A stretch of DNA of 64,000 nucleotides, from assembly GCA_964343605.1 (NCBI GenBank), contig CAYFKJ010000001.1, positions 959,535-1,023,534 on the forward strand, written 5' to 3'. This document shows positions 29,350 through 38,615 of this stretch, piece after piece. The DNA is from an uncultured Rhodospirillaceae bacterium. Lineage in GTDB: Bacteria; Pseudomonadota; Alphaproteobacteria; UBA2966. Made by a program: the position numbers and the translations under genes. The notes under the pieces were generated by a model. It saw nothing but the letters and a program-made list of their open reading frames with translations, was not told the origin of the DNA and did not search any database. Positions within the stretch are counted from its first letter, which is position 1. Every line of letters begins with the position of its first letter.

Positions 29350-29468
29350 CGTCATTCCGGAATTTGCGCCAGCAAATGTCCGGAATCCATGCCTGAGCAC
29401 CCAGTTTTCGATAAGCGATATCTAACGGAGACGTAACGGCATGGATTCCCGCATCCGCGGGAATGACG
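29350..29468. repeat. Structured palindromic intergenic element of about 118 bp (copy 1 of 2), between convergent ABC permease and ATPase genes
   Basis: Terminal inverted repeats CGTCATTCC...GGGAATGACG. Internal hairpins. AATCCATGCC / GGCATGGATT long-range complement. Near-identical architecture at 45154-45271. Confidence 0.5.
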
Positions 29469-29487
29469 AGGAAAGGTCGTAATAAAG

Positions 29488-30612
29488 TTACTCCGCCGCG
29501 TCCTCTGCGCCTTCGATATGGGCACCCGCTTCCTCCAGGAGGATGCCGGCCTCGGCGGCCCAGCTTATGGTTTCCATCTCGCCCATCTGGTAGACGTGGT
29601 CGGAAAGCTTGCGGTGCTGTTCGACGTGGACGTAATGGCCGGGGCCGATTTCGAAGACGTCGGTTTCGAGCGTGCCGAGGTATTCGGTGGTCACATATGA
29701 CCCCCGGACGGAATTCGCCATTTCGCCGTTTTCCCCGGTATGCATGAGATCGGCGCGGACGGAGAAGAACGCTTCCTCACCGATGGGCACGCGGCGGATG
29801 TATTCCGGCACCCGCACGTAATAGAGTCGGTCGCCGGATTCGACGAAGATGATCGAGCCGCTCTGCGACTTGATCACGCCGCTGAAAAGATTGTTGTTGC
29901 CGATGAAGTCGGCCACGAACTTGGTGCGCGGCGCTTCGGCAATTTCACGCGACGAGCCGATCTGCTGCACCAGCGCATCCGACATGACGATGACCTTGTC
30001 CGCCAGCGCCATCGCCTCCTGCTGTGAGTGCGTCACCATGATGAAGGTGATGTCGAGCTCGCGCTGGATGCGCTTCAGTTCGATCATCATGGCTTGCCGC
30101 AGAGAGTAATCCAAAGCGCCGAGCGGTTCGTCCAGCAACAGCAACGTCGGATTGCTGATCAGCGCCCGCGCCAGGGCCACGCGTTGCTGCTGGCCGCCGC
30201 TGAGATCGTGCGGCCGTCGCAGGGCGAGCTCCGTCAACCCCACCATCTCGATCATCTCCCAGACCTGTTTGGCCCGGCTGTCCTTGTCGATGCCCTGCAT
30301 CTTGAGACTGAATTCGACGTTCTGGAAAACGTTGCGGTGGGGGAAGAGCGCAAAGCTCTGGAACATCATCGAGGTGTCGCGCTGCGATGGCGGCAGGTCC
30401 GTCACGTCCTCCCCGGCGATGGTGATCTTGCCCCTCGTCACTTCCTCCAAGCCGCCGATCATGCGCAGCGTCGTCGTCTTGCCGCAGCCCGACGGGCCGA
30501 GCATGGCGACGAATTCGCCCCGCTCGATCTCCGTGTTGAAGTCGATGACCGCTTCAACGCCCCCAGGAAAGGTCTTGTAGACGTGTTCGAGGACGACGTC
30601 GTAGTCAGCCAT
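29488..30612 (-). CDS. ABC transporter ATP-binding protein (PotA-like, with C-terminal TOBE domain)
   Basis: Walker A GPSGCGKTT. Signature LSGGQQQRVALARAL. Walker B LLLDEPL. Confidence 0.9.
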   Translation of the reverse strand: MADYDVVLEHVYKTFPGGVEAVIDFNTEIERGEFVAMLGPSGCGKTTTLRMIGGLEEVTRGKITIAGEDVTDLPPSQRDTSMMFQSFALFPHRNVFQNVEFSLKMQGIDKDSRAKQVWEMIEMVGLTELALRRPHDLSGGQQQRVALARALISNPTLLLLDEPLGALDYSLRQAMMIELKRIQRELDITFIMVTHSQQEAMALADKVIVMSDALVQQIGSSREIAEAPRTKFVADFIGNNNLFSGVIKSQSGSIIFVESGDRLYYVRVPEYIRRVPIGEEAFFSVRADLMHTGENGEMANSVRGSYVTTEYLGTLETDVFEIGPGHYVHVEQHRKLSDHVYQMGEMETISWAAEAGILLEEAGAHIEGAEDAAE

Positions 30613-30634
30613 CGCTCTCCGGTCCTTCGTTCAT

Positions 30635-33367
30635 TCAGTCCGCGGCCTTTGCCGTCGCCTGCAGCAAGCTCCAGACGGTATCGAACGGCACCTGCTCGAA
30701 GACGCCGTCCTCGTTGGCATCCTTCAACAGGCTGAGGGCCTGAACCTGAGCTTCGTTACCGCCGGCCTTGTCCTCCAGAAGCTTCAGGGCCTCGCCGAAA
30801 CTGATCTCCCGCTTCTTCTTGGTGCCGAGGTTGTCGCGCACCAGCTTGGAGAGTTGTTCGGCCATTTCCTTGAATTGCCCCGTCCGGTAGGGCTTGCCGA
30901 AGATGCCACGGATGCCGTTGCTGGCGAAGCGGCTGCGCAAGCCCTCCGGCAACGACTGGGCAACCCCTTCCAACACCTCGCCCAGCGAGAATCCTGACGT
31001 GAACATGCCGCGGATGGTATCGACGGTGTCGTCGTTGCCGCCGCCGTACATGCGGATCTGGGCCTGACTGAGGGCGTTGCCCATGGCCTTGGCCTGGTCG
31101 ATATGGACGTCGCGCTCGGCCTCGATATGCAGTTTCGACAGCTCAAGGAAAGTGGCGGCCTCGTTGTACTTTTTGAGCGCCTCGGCCTTGGCCTCCATGC
31201 CGTTGGCTTCGGCCTCCAGCATGCGCTGGGTATTGTCGACCCTGAGCGATTCCACCTCGGCTTCGGCGCGGCCGCGCGCCGCAGCCTCCTTCTCGATGCC
31301 CTCGGCGCTGATCTTCTGCGCCTCGCTTGTCGCCTTGGCCCGGATCAGGGTGGCATCCGATTCCTTGGCGGCGGACTCTTTACGCGCCTCCGCGCCCGTA
31401 ACCATATGCATGCGGGCGATGTCGGCTTGGGCTTCCTCCGAGATCTTCGCAGCTTCAGCCTCACGCTCGGCCTGGATGCGCTCGATTTCCTTCATACGCT
31501 CAGCATCAGCGATCTTGCGTACGCTCTCCGCGTTGTGCTCGGCCTTCTCCTTGTCGGCCGTCACCTTGAGGCGTTTGATTTCCGCTTCTTCCAGTTCGCG
31601 GGTTTTGTTGACCAGGACGATCTCGCGGTCGCGTTCCTCCTTTTCGCGCGCCAGATACCGCAGGATGTCGGCTTTCTCCCTCTCCTGCTCCTTGGCGATG
31701 ACCTTGATTTCGCGATCTTTCTCCTCCAGTTCAACCGCCAGTTCCTGGCGAACCTTGGCCTGTTTGAGCTCCTCCTCCTTGGCCACCAGCGCGATGTCGC
31801 GGTCGCGTTCCTCCTGTTCGCGGGCGAGTTGGCGCCTGATCTCGGCTGCCTCGCGCGCCTTGCTCTCGTCGATGATGGCCGCCTCCATCTGGATGCGGGC
31901 CTGCTCGAGCGCCTGTTCCTTGGTGATCTCCTCCTGTTCGACTTCCCAGCGTCGGTCGAGGATGATGCGTTGTTTTTCACTGAGGACGCGGGCCTTCTCG
32001 GCGGCAACCTCTTGCTCCTGCTTGACGACGGCGAAGGCCTCGTCCTTGTCGATGTTGAGCACTTTGAGCTTGGTGTCGAGAGAGCGTTTGCGCACGGTGA
32101 GCGAAACCTCCTCGGTCGCCTTGTGGCGGGCGTCGCGGGCTACTTCCTCCGATTTCATGACTTCGGTTTCACGGGCGATTTCAGCCTGCTGTCGCTCCTT
32201 CTCCATGGTCGAAAGTTCGATGGCCCGGTCCCGTTCAGCCTGTTCCCGCGCCAGGGTGCGCTGAATGTCCGCAATTTCCTCTTCCTTGGCCTTTTCGATC
32301 AGTTCGATCTGGCGGTCCTTCTCCGCCTTCTCCAGCGCCAGGTTGCGCTTGATGTTGGCCAGTTCCTCTTCCCGCGCCTTGGCGATCAGGGCGATTTCCT
32401 TGTCGCGTCGCTCTTCTTCAAGCGTCAGGGCACGCTGGATTTCCGAAGATTCGCGCTTCTTGGCTTCCTCGGTAATCGCCACCTCACGGTCGGTCCTGAG
32501 ACGCTCGAGTTCGACCTCGTTGGCCAGTTCGCGTTCCTCGACGGAGCGGCGCTGGTCGAGCATGTATTTCTGCTTCTCGCCCAGTTGCAGGGCCTGTTCG
32601 TTGGAAACGTCCTTGTCCTGCGAAGCGCGGGCAAAGGCCTCCTTGCGTTCGATCTCCAGCAATTCCAGTTGCGTGTCGAGGTCCTTCTGGCGGATCGCCA
32701 CGGTGGTTCGTTTCTCCGTGTCGTGCACCTTGCGGCGGGCATCCGAGGTGATGTCGGTGATGATCTTCAGACCCTCGGCGTCGAAAACGTTGTCGGACTT
32801 GAAGTATTCCTTGCTGGTCTGCTCCAGGGTGACGATGGTGACTTCCTCCAGCACCAGACCGTTGGCCTGGAAGCTGGCGATGACGTTCTCCTTGACCTCC
32901 TGGGCGAAGGCGTCGCGGTTCTCGTGGAGTTCACTCAGGGTTTTGGTGGCCGCGTAGCTGCGCAGCGCGCTGACGACCTTGGCTTCCAGCAAGTTGCGGA
33001 CCTTGTCGGCATCGAAGGTCTTCTCGCCCAGGCTGCGGCTGGCGGTTAGGAGGTCGTCCTCGGTGCGGCCGACATGGGCGTACAGTTCCGTCACCACGTC
33101 AATGCGGATTTTGTCCGATGTCAGAACCGCCTGATCGCGGGAGCGGCTGACGATCAGCTTGATGGTTTCAAGCGAGATCCAGGAGACCTCGTGAAAGACC
33201 GGCAGCACCAGGGCGCCGCGCCCCAGGCACACCTTGGTGCCGAGGAAACCCGTCCGGATGAAGCCCATATTGGCGGGGGCCCGCTTGTAGACCCAGATCG
33301 AGATCACATAAAGAATGGCGACAACAATGATCGCCGTGAATATCAGTCCGATCCAAATTTCCAACAT
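30635..33367 (-). CDS. Flotillin-like SPFH/band-7 membrane protein (YqiK family) with greatly expanded repeat coiled-coil (910 aa)
   Basis: N-terminal TM. SPFH domain similar to E. coli YqiK (FIRTGFLGTKVCLGRGALVLPVFHEVSWISLET; NVFDAEGLKIITDITSDARRKVHDTEKRT). At least 6 tandem units of about 30 aa, E(K/R)DR(E/Q)I.L(I/V).K.....E(I/L)A.I.R.LA.E.A. C-terminal flotillin domain. Confidence 0.8.
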   Translation of the reverse strand: MLEIWIGLIFTAIIVVAILYVISIWVYKRAPANMGFIRTGFLGTKVCLGRGALVLPVFHEVSWISLETIKLIVSRSRDQAVLTSDKIRIDVVTELYAHVGRTEDDLLTASRSLGEKTFDADKVRNLLEAKVVSALRSYAATKTLSELHENRDAFAQEVKENVIASFQANGLVLEEVTIVTLEQTSKEYFKSDNVFDAEGLKIITDITSDARRKVHDTEKRTTVAIRQKDLDTQLELLEIERKEAFARASQDKDVSNEQALQLGEKQKYMLDQRRSVEERELANEVELERLRTDREVAITEEAKKRESSEIQRALTLEEERRDKEIALIAKAREEELANIKRNLALEKAEKDRQIELIEKAKEEEIADIQRTLAREQAERDRAIELSTMEKERQQAEIARETEVMKSEEVARDARHKATEEVSLTVRKRSLDTKLKVLNIDKDEAFAVVKQEQEVAAEKARVLSEKQRIILDRRWEVEQEEITKEQALEQARIQMEAAIIDESKAREAAEIRRQLAREQEERDRDIALVAKEEELKQAKVRQELAVELEEKDREIKVIAKEQEREKADILRYLAREKEERDREIVLVNKTRELEEAEIKRLKVTADKEKAEHNAESVRKIADAERMKEIERIQAEREAEAAKISEEAQADIARMHMVTGAEARKESAAKESDATLIRAKATSEAQKISAEGIEKEAAARGRAEAEVESLRVDNTQRMLEAEANGMEAKAEALKKYNEAATFLELSKLHIEAERDVHIDQAKAMGNALSQAQIRMYGGGNDDTVDTIRGMFTSGFSLGEVLEGVAQSLPEGLRSRFASNGIRGIFGKPYRTGQFKEMAEQLSKLVRDNLGTKKKREISFGEALKLLEDKAGGNEAQVQALSLLKDANEDGVFEQVPFDTVWSLLQATAKAAD

Positions 33368-33443
33368 TGTCCCTGCACCTGTTCCTGTGTCTTGTTATCC
33401 AGCCTGGAACCCAAATCCTACGCTTTCCCACTCTACGCTTCTC

Positions 33444-35726
33444 TCACGTGGCGACAGACGGCCGCTCGCCGAAATCAAACAACTCCGCTGGACGCCTGTT
33501 CTGCGACAAGCTGTCCCTAAGGTCCGTGGTGCCGCGTCGGTCAAGCTCAAACCTGGCGCCCGTCAGCACAACGCCGTATTCGTCACGCGCCTTGGCCGGC
33601 GACATCAGGCGCCGCGCCACGTCGTTGCGCACGGCTTCCGCCTCGCGCTTCAAGGGATCGCCCCAGCCGCCGCCGCCGGCCGTGCGGAAGATGATGCGGT
33701 CGCCGGGTCTGACATGGACGTCGTCGATCTTGGAGGGCAACGGTTCCCTGTCGCCGCCCTTGCGCACGATGAATTTTTCCGAACACGCGCCCGGCTTGCC
33801 GCCTAAAATACCCCAGGGTTGGGTCAGATGCCGGTCGTCGTGGATCGATACCCGGCCTTCCTCCAGCACGCGGTAGACCTTTTCCACGCCGTTGCCGCCC
33901 CGATGTTCTCCCGCGCCGCCACTGTCGCGAATGCTGACGCAGCCCTCGATCAAGAGCGGGAAGAAGCTTTCGAGGTATTCGGTGGGGATGTTCTCGAAAA
34001 GCGGCCACCACGAATGGCCGTCCATGCCGTCGCCGATGGGCCGGCCGGGAATGCCGCCGTAGAGGATTTCCATCAACTGGAAGGGGCGGCCCTCCTTGTC
34101 AATGCCGGAGAAAAGGAAATGCGGGCTCGAACCGTAACCCGCGGCGGTCGCCATCTCCGGTGCGTTGCGGCTGAGCGCCCCGCCCAGCACGTCGAACTGG
34201 CGCGACAGCGCATGGGTGCGGCAGCCGAGCGGCGCCGGAAAATCGGGGTGCACCAAAGAGCCCTTGGGCAGCGTGACGTGAATGAGATCGTAGAAGCCAT
34301 CGTTGAACAGGATCTGGGGGTCGAACACCATGATCATGTAAACCCCGATGAACATCTTGAACATGCCCTCGTGCATGTAGAAATTGATCGGTCCCGGCGC
34401 CTGGGCCGAAGTGCCGGTCCAGTCGAAATAGGCGTGCTCGCCTTCGCGCCAGACCGTCAGCTTCATCTTGTAGGGCCCATTGCCGCAGCCGTCGTCGTCG
34501 ACGTAATCCTCAAACGACTGAGGCTCCTCCGGCAGGTTCTGCACGATAAGCTGGCGCATGGCCCGGTTGGTGCGGTCCAGCAACGCCTCGCAGGCCTGCT
34601 TGTAGAGGTCCTTGCCGAAGCGGGCGCAAATCTCGATTACCCGGCGCTCGCCCGCCCGACAGCCGGCGATGATCGCCATCAGGTCGCTGTAGTTCATCTC
34701 GGGCGTGCGCGTATTGTTCATCAAGAGGTCGAGCGTGGCGTCGTTGAGCACCCCGGCGTCGAAGATCTTGATCGGCGGAATGCGCATGCCTTCACCGAAG
34801 ATCGAATTGGCGGCGGTCGGCATGCTGCCGGGCACCGGACCGCCGACGTCCATCATATGGCCGAACATGGAGGTGAAGCTGATCAACTCGCCTTCATAGA
34901 AAACGGGGATCAGCACCATCCAGTCGTTGATATGACTGATGGCGCCGCCGCACTTGTAGGGATCGCTTTGCAGGATGACGTCGCCCGGCGCCAGGTCGAA
35001 GTCGCTCTCCGCCAGCATTTCCGCAATGTAGGAGCCGAACTGACCGACGATCATGCGGCCCTTGGCGTCGGTGATCATGGGAAATTCGTCGTGCTGTTCG
35101 CGGATCACCGGCGACATGGCGGATCGGAACAAGACCGCGTCCATTTCATGGCGCGCGTTGCGCAGGGCGTTTTCGATGAGGTCCAGCGTCACCACGTCGA
35201 GCGTGTCGTGATAATCGCGGCGCGGTGGCGCGGCGGCAGGCCGGTCCTCGGCCTCCGCTATCGCCGGCGCCGGCGGGCGTCCACCGGAGCGGGCCTGCAC
35301 GGCCGGGACACCGCCGTCAAACTGGGCGGCGCACTTCATCAGGGCATCGTCGATGGCCAGTCTGAGCGCCAGCGCGTCGTCGCCGCCGGCGCGGGCCGTG
35401 CCGGCCTGGATTTTGGACGCGCCATTGACGGTCATGCGCAGACGCACCGTCGCGTTGCCGCCCTCGACCTTCTGCTCCATGACCTCGGACGACCAGTCCA
35501 GACTGAAGCGCTTGTTCAATTCCGCCGTGACGTTGCCGCGCGGTTGGGCAGCGGCGGCCTCCACGCTGGCGGAGGCCAGATCCTCCCGCGTCGGCGGCTT
35601 GGCTGTCGCCGCAACGACACCCGCCTCTCCCATCTGCCGTGCGAAAAGCTGATCGAACTGGTCCTTATTGGCCGTCAACAAGGCGTCGAGCGAAACCGGT
35701 TTGGTAAATGTGGCGTTTTCAGACAT
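33444..35726 (-). CDS. Hydantoinase B / oxoprolinase family subunit (HyuB-like) with ~180-aa N-terminal extension
   Basis: HyuB core begins about residue 185 (DVVTLDLIENALRNARHEMDAVLFRSAMSPVIREQHDEFPM), parallel to the paralog at 45281-47176. The preceding 180 aa have no counterpart in the paralog. Confidence 0.85.
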   Translation of the reverse strand: MSENATFTKPVSLDALLTANKDQFDQLFARQMGEAGVVAATAKPPTREDLASASVEAAAAQPRGNVTAELNKRFSLDWSSEVMEQKVEGGNATVRLRMTVNGASKIQAGTARAGGDDALALRLAIDDALMKCAAQFDGGVPAVQARSGGRPPAPAIAEAEDRPAAAPPRRDYHDTLDVVTLDLIENALRNARHEMDAVLFRSAMSPVIREQHDEFPMITDAKGRMIVGQFGSYIAEMLAESDFDLAPGDVILQSDPYKCGGAISHINDWMVLIPVFYEGELISFTSMFGHMMDVGGPVPGSMPTAANSIFGEGMRIPPIKIFDAGVLNDATLDLLMNNTRTPEMNYSDLMAIIAGCRAGERRVIEICARFGKDLYKQACEALLDRTNRAMRQLIVQNLPEEPQSFEDYVDDDGCGNGPYKMKLTVWREGEHAYFDWTGTSAQAPGPINFYMHEGMFKMFIGVYMIMVFDPQILFNDGFYDLIHVTLPKGSLVHPDFPAPLGCRTHALSRQFDVLGGALSRNAPEMATAAGYGSSPHFLFSGIDKEGRPFQLMEILYGGIPGRPIGDGMDGHSWWPLFENIPTEYLESFFPLLIEGCVSIRDSGGAGEHRGGNGVEKVYRVLEEGRVSIHDDRHLTQPWGILGGKPGACSEKFIVRKGGDREPLPSKIDDVHVRPGDRIIFRTAGGGGWGDPLKREAEAVRNDVARRLMSPAKARDEYGVVLTGARFELDRRGTTDLRDSLSQNRRPAELFDFGERPSVAT

Positions 35727-35728
35727 AG

Positions 35729-37798
35729 CTAGTGCTGCCCCGGCAGGGCCACGCCCTGACGATGGATGAGGATGTTGAGGTATTCGTCCACCTCGCCCAC
35801 GTGCCCAGGATGGATCACCGTCGTCGAATCCCGCTGGGTGACGACGGCGGGGCCGACGATATGATTGCCGGCGGAAAGCTTGGTGCGGTCGTAGACGTTG
35901 GTCATAACGAAGTTGCCCTCGAAATAGACCTGGTGCGTTTCGATCAGCGCCGGCGAGGGATCGGGACCGGCTTTCTCAAACCTCGGGAAAGCGACCTTGT
36001 CGACCTGGCCTGTGCCGACGGCGCGCAGGTTGACCAGTTCCACCGGCTGATCGAGGCGGAAGCCATACAAGCGCTCGTGAGCCGCGCCGAAGCGGTTGGC
36101 GAGATCGTCGAGGCCGCCATTGGATAGGGTGCCGGGGTCGACCTCGAGCGTGAATTCGTAACCCTGGCGGAAGTACCGCACGTCGGCCTCGTAAGTGAGG
36201 CTCCGGCTTTGTTCGCCGCGGCCTTCCTGTTGCAGCCAGGATTCGGCCTCGCGTCCAAGACCCGACAGCACCTCGCTGATCTGTCCCGGCTGGACCTCGT
36301 CGAGGGTGCGGGCGAAGGTCTTGGCGAATTCGTTTTTGACGTCCGAATAGAGGAAGCCCAGCGCCGAGAGCACGCCCGGCGTCGGCGGTACAATGACGGG
36401 ATAGCTGCCAGCCAGTTCGCCCATGGCGTTACCGTGCATGGGGCCGGCGCCGCCAAACGCAACGATGGCGAAGTCACGCGGATCGAGGCCTTTTTGAACG
36501 CTTACCAGCCGGAGCGCGCCGAACATGTTCTCGTTAACGATGTCGAGGATGCCTTCCGCCGCCTGGTAGACGTCGAGCCCCAGGGTTTTGGCGATCTTGG
36601 AGACCGCCTCCTCCGCCGCCTGGGCGTCGAGCGCCATGCCGCCGCCCAAGAGACTCGGCGGCAACCGGCCCAGAACGACGTTGGCGTCCGTCACCGTCGG
36701 CTCAGAACCGCCCTTTCCGTAGCAGGCCGGTCCCGGCACCGCGCCGGCGCTTTCCGGCCCGACGCGCAGGGCGCCGGTCATCGGCACATGGGCGATGGAA
36801 CCGCCGCCGGCGCCAACGCTGTGAACCTCCACCGACGGCACCTTGACGGGGTAGTAGCCCAAGGTCGTCTCGCGGCTGATCATCGGGCGGCCGTCCTGGA
36901 TCAGCGAGACGTCCGTCGACGTCCCGCCCATGTCGAACCCGAGCGCGTTGGGATAGCCCGCCAGGGTCGATAGGTAGGCCGCACCCGAGACGCCGCCGGC
37001 CGGTCCCGACAGCATGGTGTGCACTGGCGAATCGGACGCCCGTTCGACGCTCATCAAGCCGCCGTCGGAGCGCACGATGTTGACCTGCGGGCTGAACTGC
37101 ACGCCGCGCAGCTTCTCTTCAAAACCGCTGAGGTACTTGCGCATGCTGGGCCGCACGTAGGCGTTCATTACGGTGACCAGGGTGCGCTCGTATTCGCGGA
37201 ATTCCGGCAGCAGTTCGGAAGAGAGCGAAACGGGGATGTCCGCCGCCATCTCCGCAACGATCGCCTTCAGGCGCTGTTCGTGGATCGGGTTGGCATAGGC
37301 GTGCAGCAACGACACCGTGATGCTCTCGACGCCGGCGTCCAGAAGTTGTCGGATGCTGGTGCGGGCGTCGGTCTCGTCCATCGGCGTGATGACATTGCCG
37401 TGGGCCGACATGCGCTCCTTGATGCCGCGGGTGTGCTCCAGATCCGCCAGGGGATCGGGCTTCTTCATGATCATCCAGCCGGCCAGCGGACCGGGCGTCT
37501 GGGAACGCGCGAGATGAAGGATCTGTTCGAAGCTCTCGGTCACAAGAAGGCCGACACGGGCGCCTTTTTCCTCCAGCACGATGTTGGTCGAGACCGTCGT
37601 GCCGTGCAGTACGCCCTCGATATCGGAAGGGGCGACGCCGCTTTCGTGAATGATGTCCTCAATGCCGGTCTGGATGCCGACTGATTGGTCTTCGGGAGTC
37701 GACGGCGTCTTGAGCAGGTGCATCTCACCTGTCGTGCCGTCGAACAAGAGGAGATCGGTAAACGTCCCCCCCACGTCAATGCCGAGGCGGCTTGACAT
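35729..37798 (-). CDS. Hydantoinase A / oxoprolinase family subunit (HyuA-like, ATP-dependent)
   Basis: 689 aa. N-terminal LGIDVGGTFTDLLLFD ASKHA-fold motif. Stop separated by 2 nt from the hyuB-like start. Confidence 0.88.
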   Translation of the reverse strand: MSSRLGIDVGGTFTDLLLFDGTTGEMHLLKTPSTPEDQSVGIQTGIEDIIHESGVAPSDIEGVLHGTTVSTNIVLEEKGARVGLLVTESFEQILHLARSQTPGPLAGWMIMKKPDPLADLEHTRGIKERMSAHGNVITPMDETDARTSIRQLLDAGVESITVSLLHAYANPIHEQRLKAIVAEMAADIPVSLSSELLPEFREYERTLVTVMNAYVRPSMRKYLSGFEEKLRGVQFSPQVNIVRSDGGLMSVERASDSPVHTMLSGPAGGVSGAAYLSTLAGYPNALGFDMGGTSTDVSLIQDGRPMISRETTLGYYPVKVPSVEVHSVGAGGGSIAHVPMTGALRVGPESAGAVPGPACYGKGGSEPTVTDANVVLGRLPPSLLGGGMALDAQAAEEAVSKIAKTLGLDVYQAAEGILDIVNENMFGALRLVSVQKGLDPRDFAIVAFGGAGPMHGNAMGELAGSYPVIVPPTPGVLSALGFLYSDVKNEFAKTFARTLDEVQPGQISEVLSGLGREAESWLQQEGRGEQSRSLTYEADVRYFRQGYEFTLEVDPGTLSNGGLDDLANRFGAAHERLYGFRLDQPVELVNLRAVGTGQVDKVAFPRFEKAGPDPSPALIETHQVYFEGNFVMTNVYDRTKLSAGNHIVGPAVVTQRDSTTVIHPGHVGEVDEYLNILIHRQGVALPGQH

Positions 37799-38091
37799 TG
37801 CTCCTCCCTTGCTGCCGGCTTGAAGTAAGAAGTGCTCACCGCCGGTTCAATAATTGGCTGCGGTACCCCTATCCAGTTCACCGCAGACTGCACCAACTAT
37901 AGGGCAGTTGAACAATTTGATCAGGCTTTTAATGATTCTACAAGAACGCTTATTTGGCCCTGTGGCTTGCGTTTTTGTGAAATTATTCCTGTTCTGCCAA
38001 TTTGACAGGAATGCCGATTTCTATACCATTCCGACCGACGATTTCTTGGCCGAGTGCCAAACGCCGAATCGACCCAGGGGGATATATCATC

Positions 38092-38610
38092 GTGGCTGAG
38101 GATCAACCAACCGGACGCAGGCCGAGGTTCTGGATCACGCTGATCGCGGTCATCATCCTGCTGATCTTCCTCTATTTCTACGCGCCGTTCGAGAAGTTCC
38201 TGGTCGGCAGCATCCCGAACATTCACTTCAGCAACGTGATCTTCTGGTTTGCCTCGGTGGTCGGCGTCATCGCCTACGCGGTCGCCCACTGGTCGTCGTT
38301 TCGCCGCAACATCTACCGTCAGGTCAACGAACTCGACGTCGGCCGGCTGGTGTTCGACTCACTTCAAGTCGCCATCCTGATCGCTGTGATCTTCTGCGCC
38401 GGCGCCACGTTGCAGGCCGTCGCCATCCTGGCCGAGCACCTGATGGGCGGCGGCCCGCTGATCGATGCGGGCTTCGCCGAGAACCTGATGTCGATCATCC
38501 TGCTGGTTATCCTGGCACTGCTGTTCTACCTGTTGCACCACGTCGTACGCGGCTTCCGCGACGGCTGGCACACCCGCCGCCCCCCGCCGCGCGTCACCAA
38601 CTCGCAATAA
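38092..38610 (+). CDS. Small integral membrane protein of unknown function (4 predicted TM helices)
   Basis: Hydrophobic segments (ITLIAVIILLIFLYFY; VIFWFASVVGVIAYAV; VAILIAVIFCAGATL; IILLVILALLFYLL). Start ambiguous (ATG 38011 or GTG 38092 after aggggg). Confidence 0.5.
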   Translation: MAEDQPTGRRPRFWITLIAVIILLIFLYFYAPFEKFLVGSIPNIHFSNVIFWFASVVGVIAYAVAHWSSFRRNIYRQVNELDVGRLVFDSLQVAILIAVIFCAGATLQAVAILAEHLMGGGPLIDAGFAENLMSIILLVILALLFYLLHHVVRGFRDGWHTRRPPPRVTNSQ

Positions 38611-38615
38611 CTGGA

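Noticed and set aside
31103-33049. 648-aa plus-strand ORF and 395-aa ORF (31077-32264)
   Set aside because: Antisense to the repetitive coiled-coil region of the flotillin-like gene. It is Leu/Ala/Ser-rich with no domain and is explained by repeat-induced absence of stops.
30635-33367. Considered whether the 910-aa coiled-coil protein is an SMC/defence-type ATPase
   Set aside because: No Walker A/B or ABC signature. The N-terminal TM plus SPFH/band-7 motifs and the YqiK-like C-terminus identify it as flotillin-like.
33819-35732. 637-aa plus-strand ORF
   Set aside because: Antisense to the hyuB-like gene, which has strong family motifs. Arg/Gly/His-rich.
37921-38289. 122-aa minus-strand ORF overlapping the small membrane protein gene
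   Set aside because: Asp/Arg-rich low complexity. The opposite-strand ORF has clear TM-helix periodicity.
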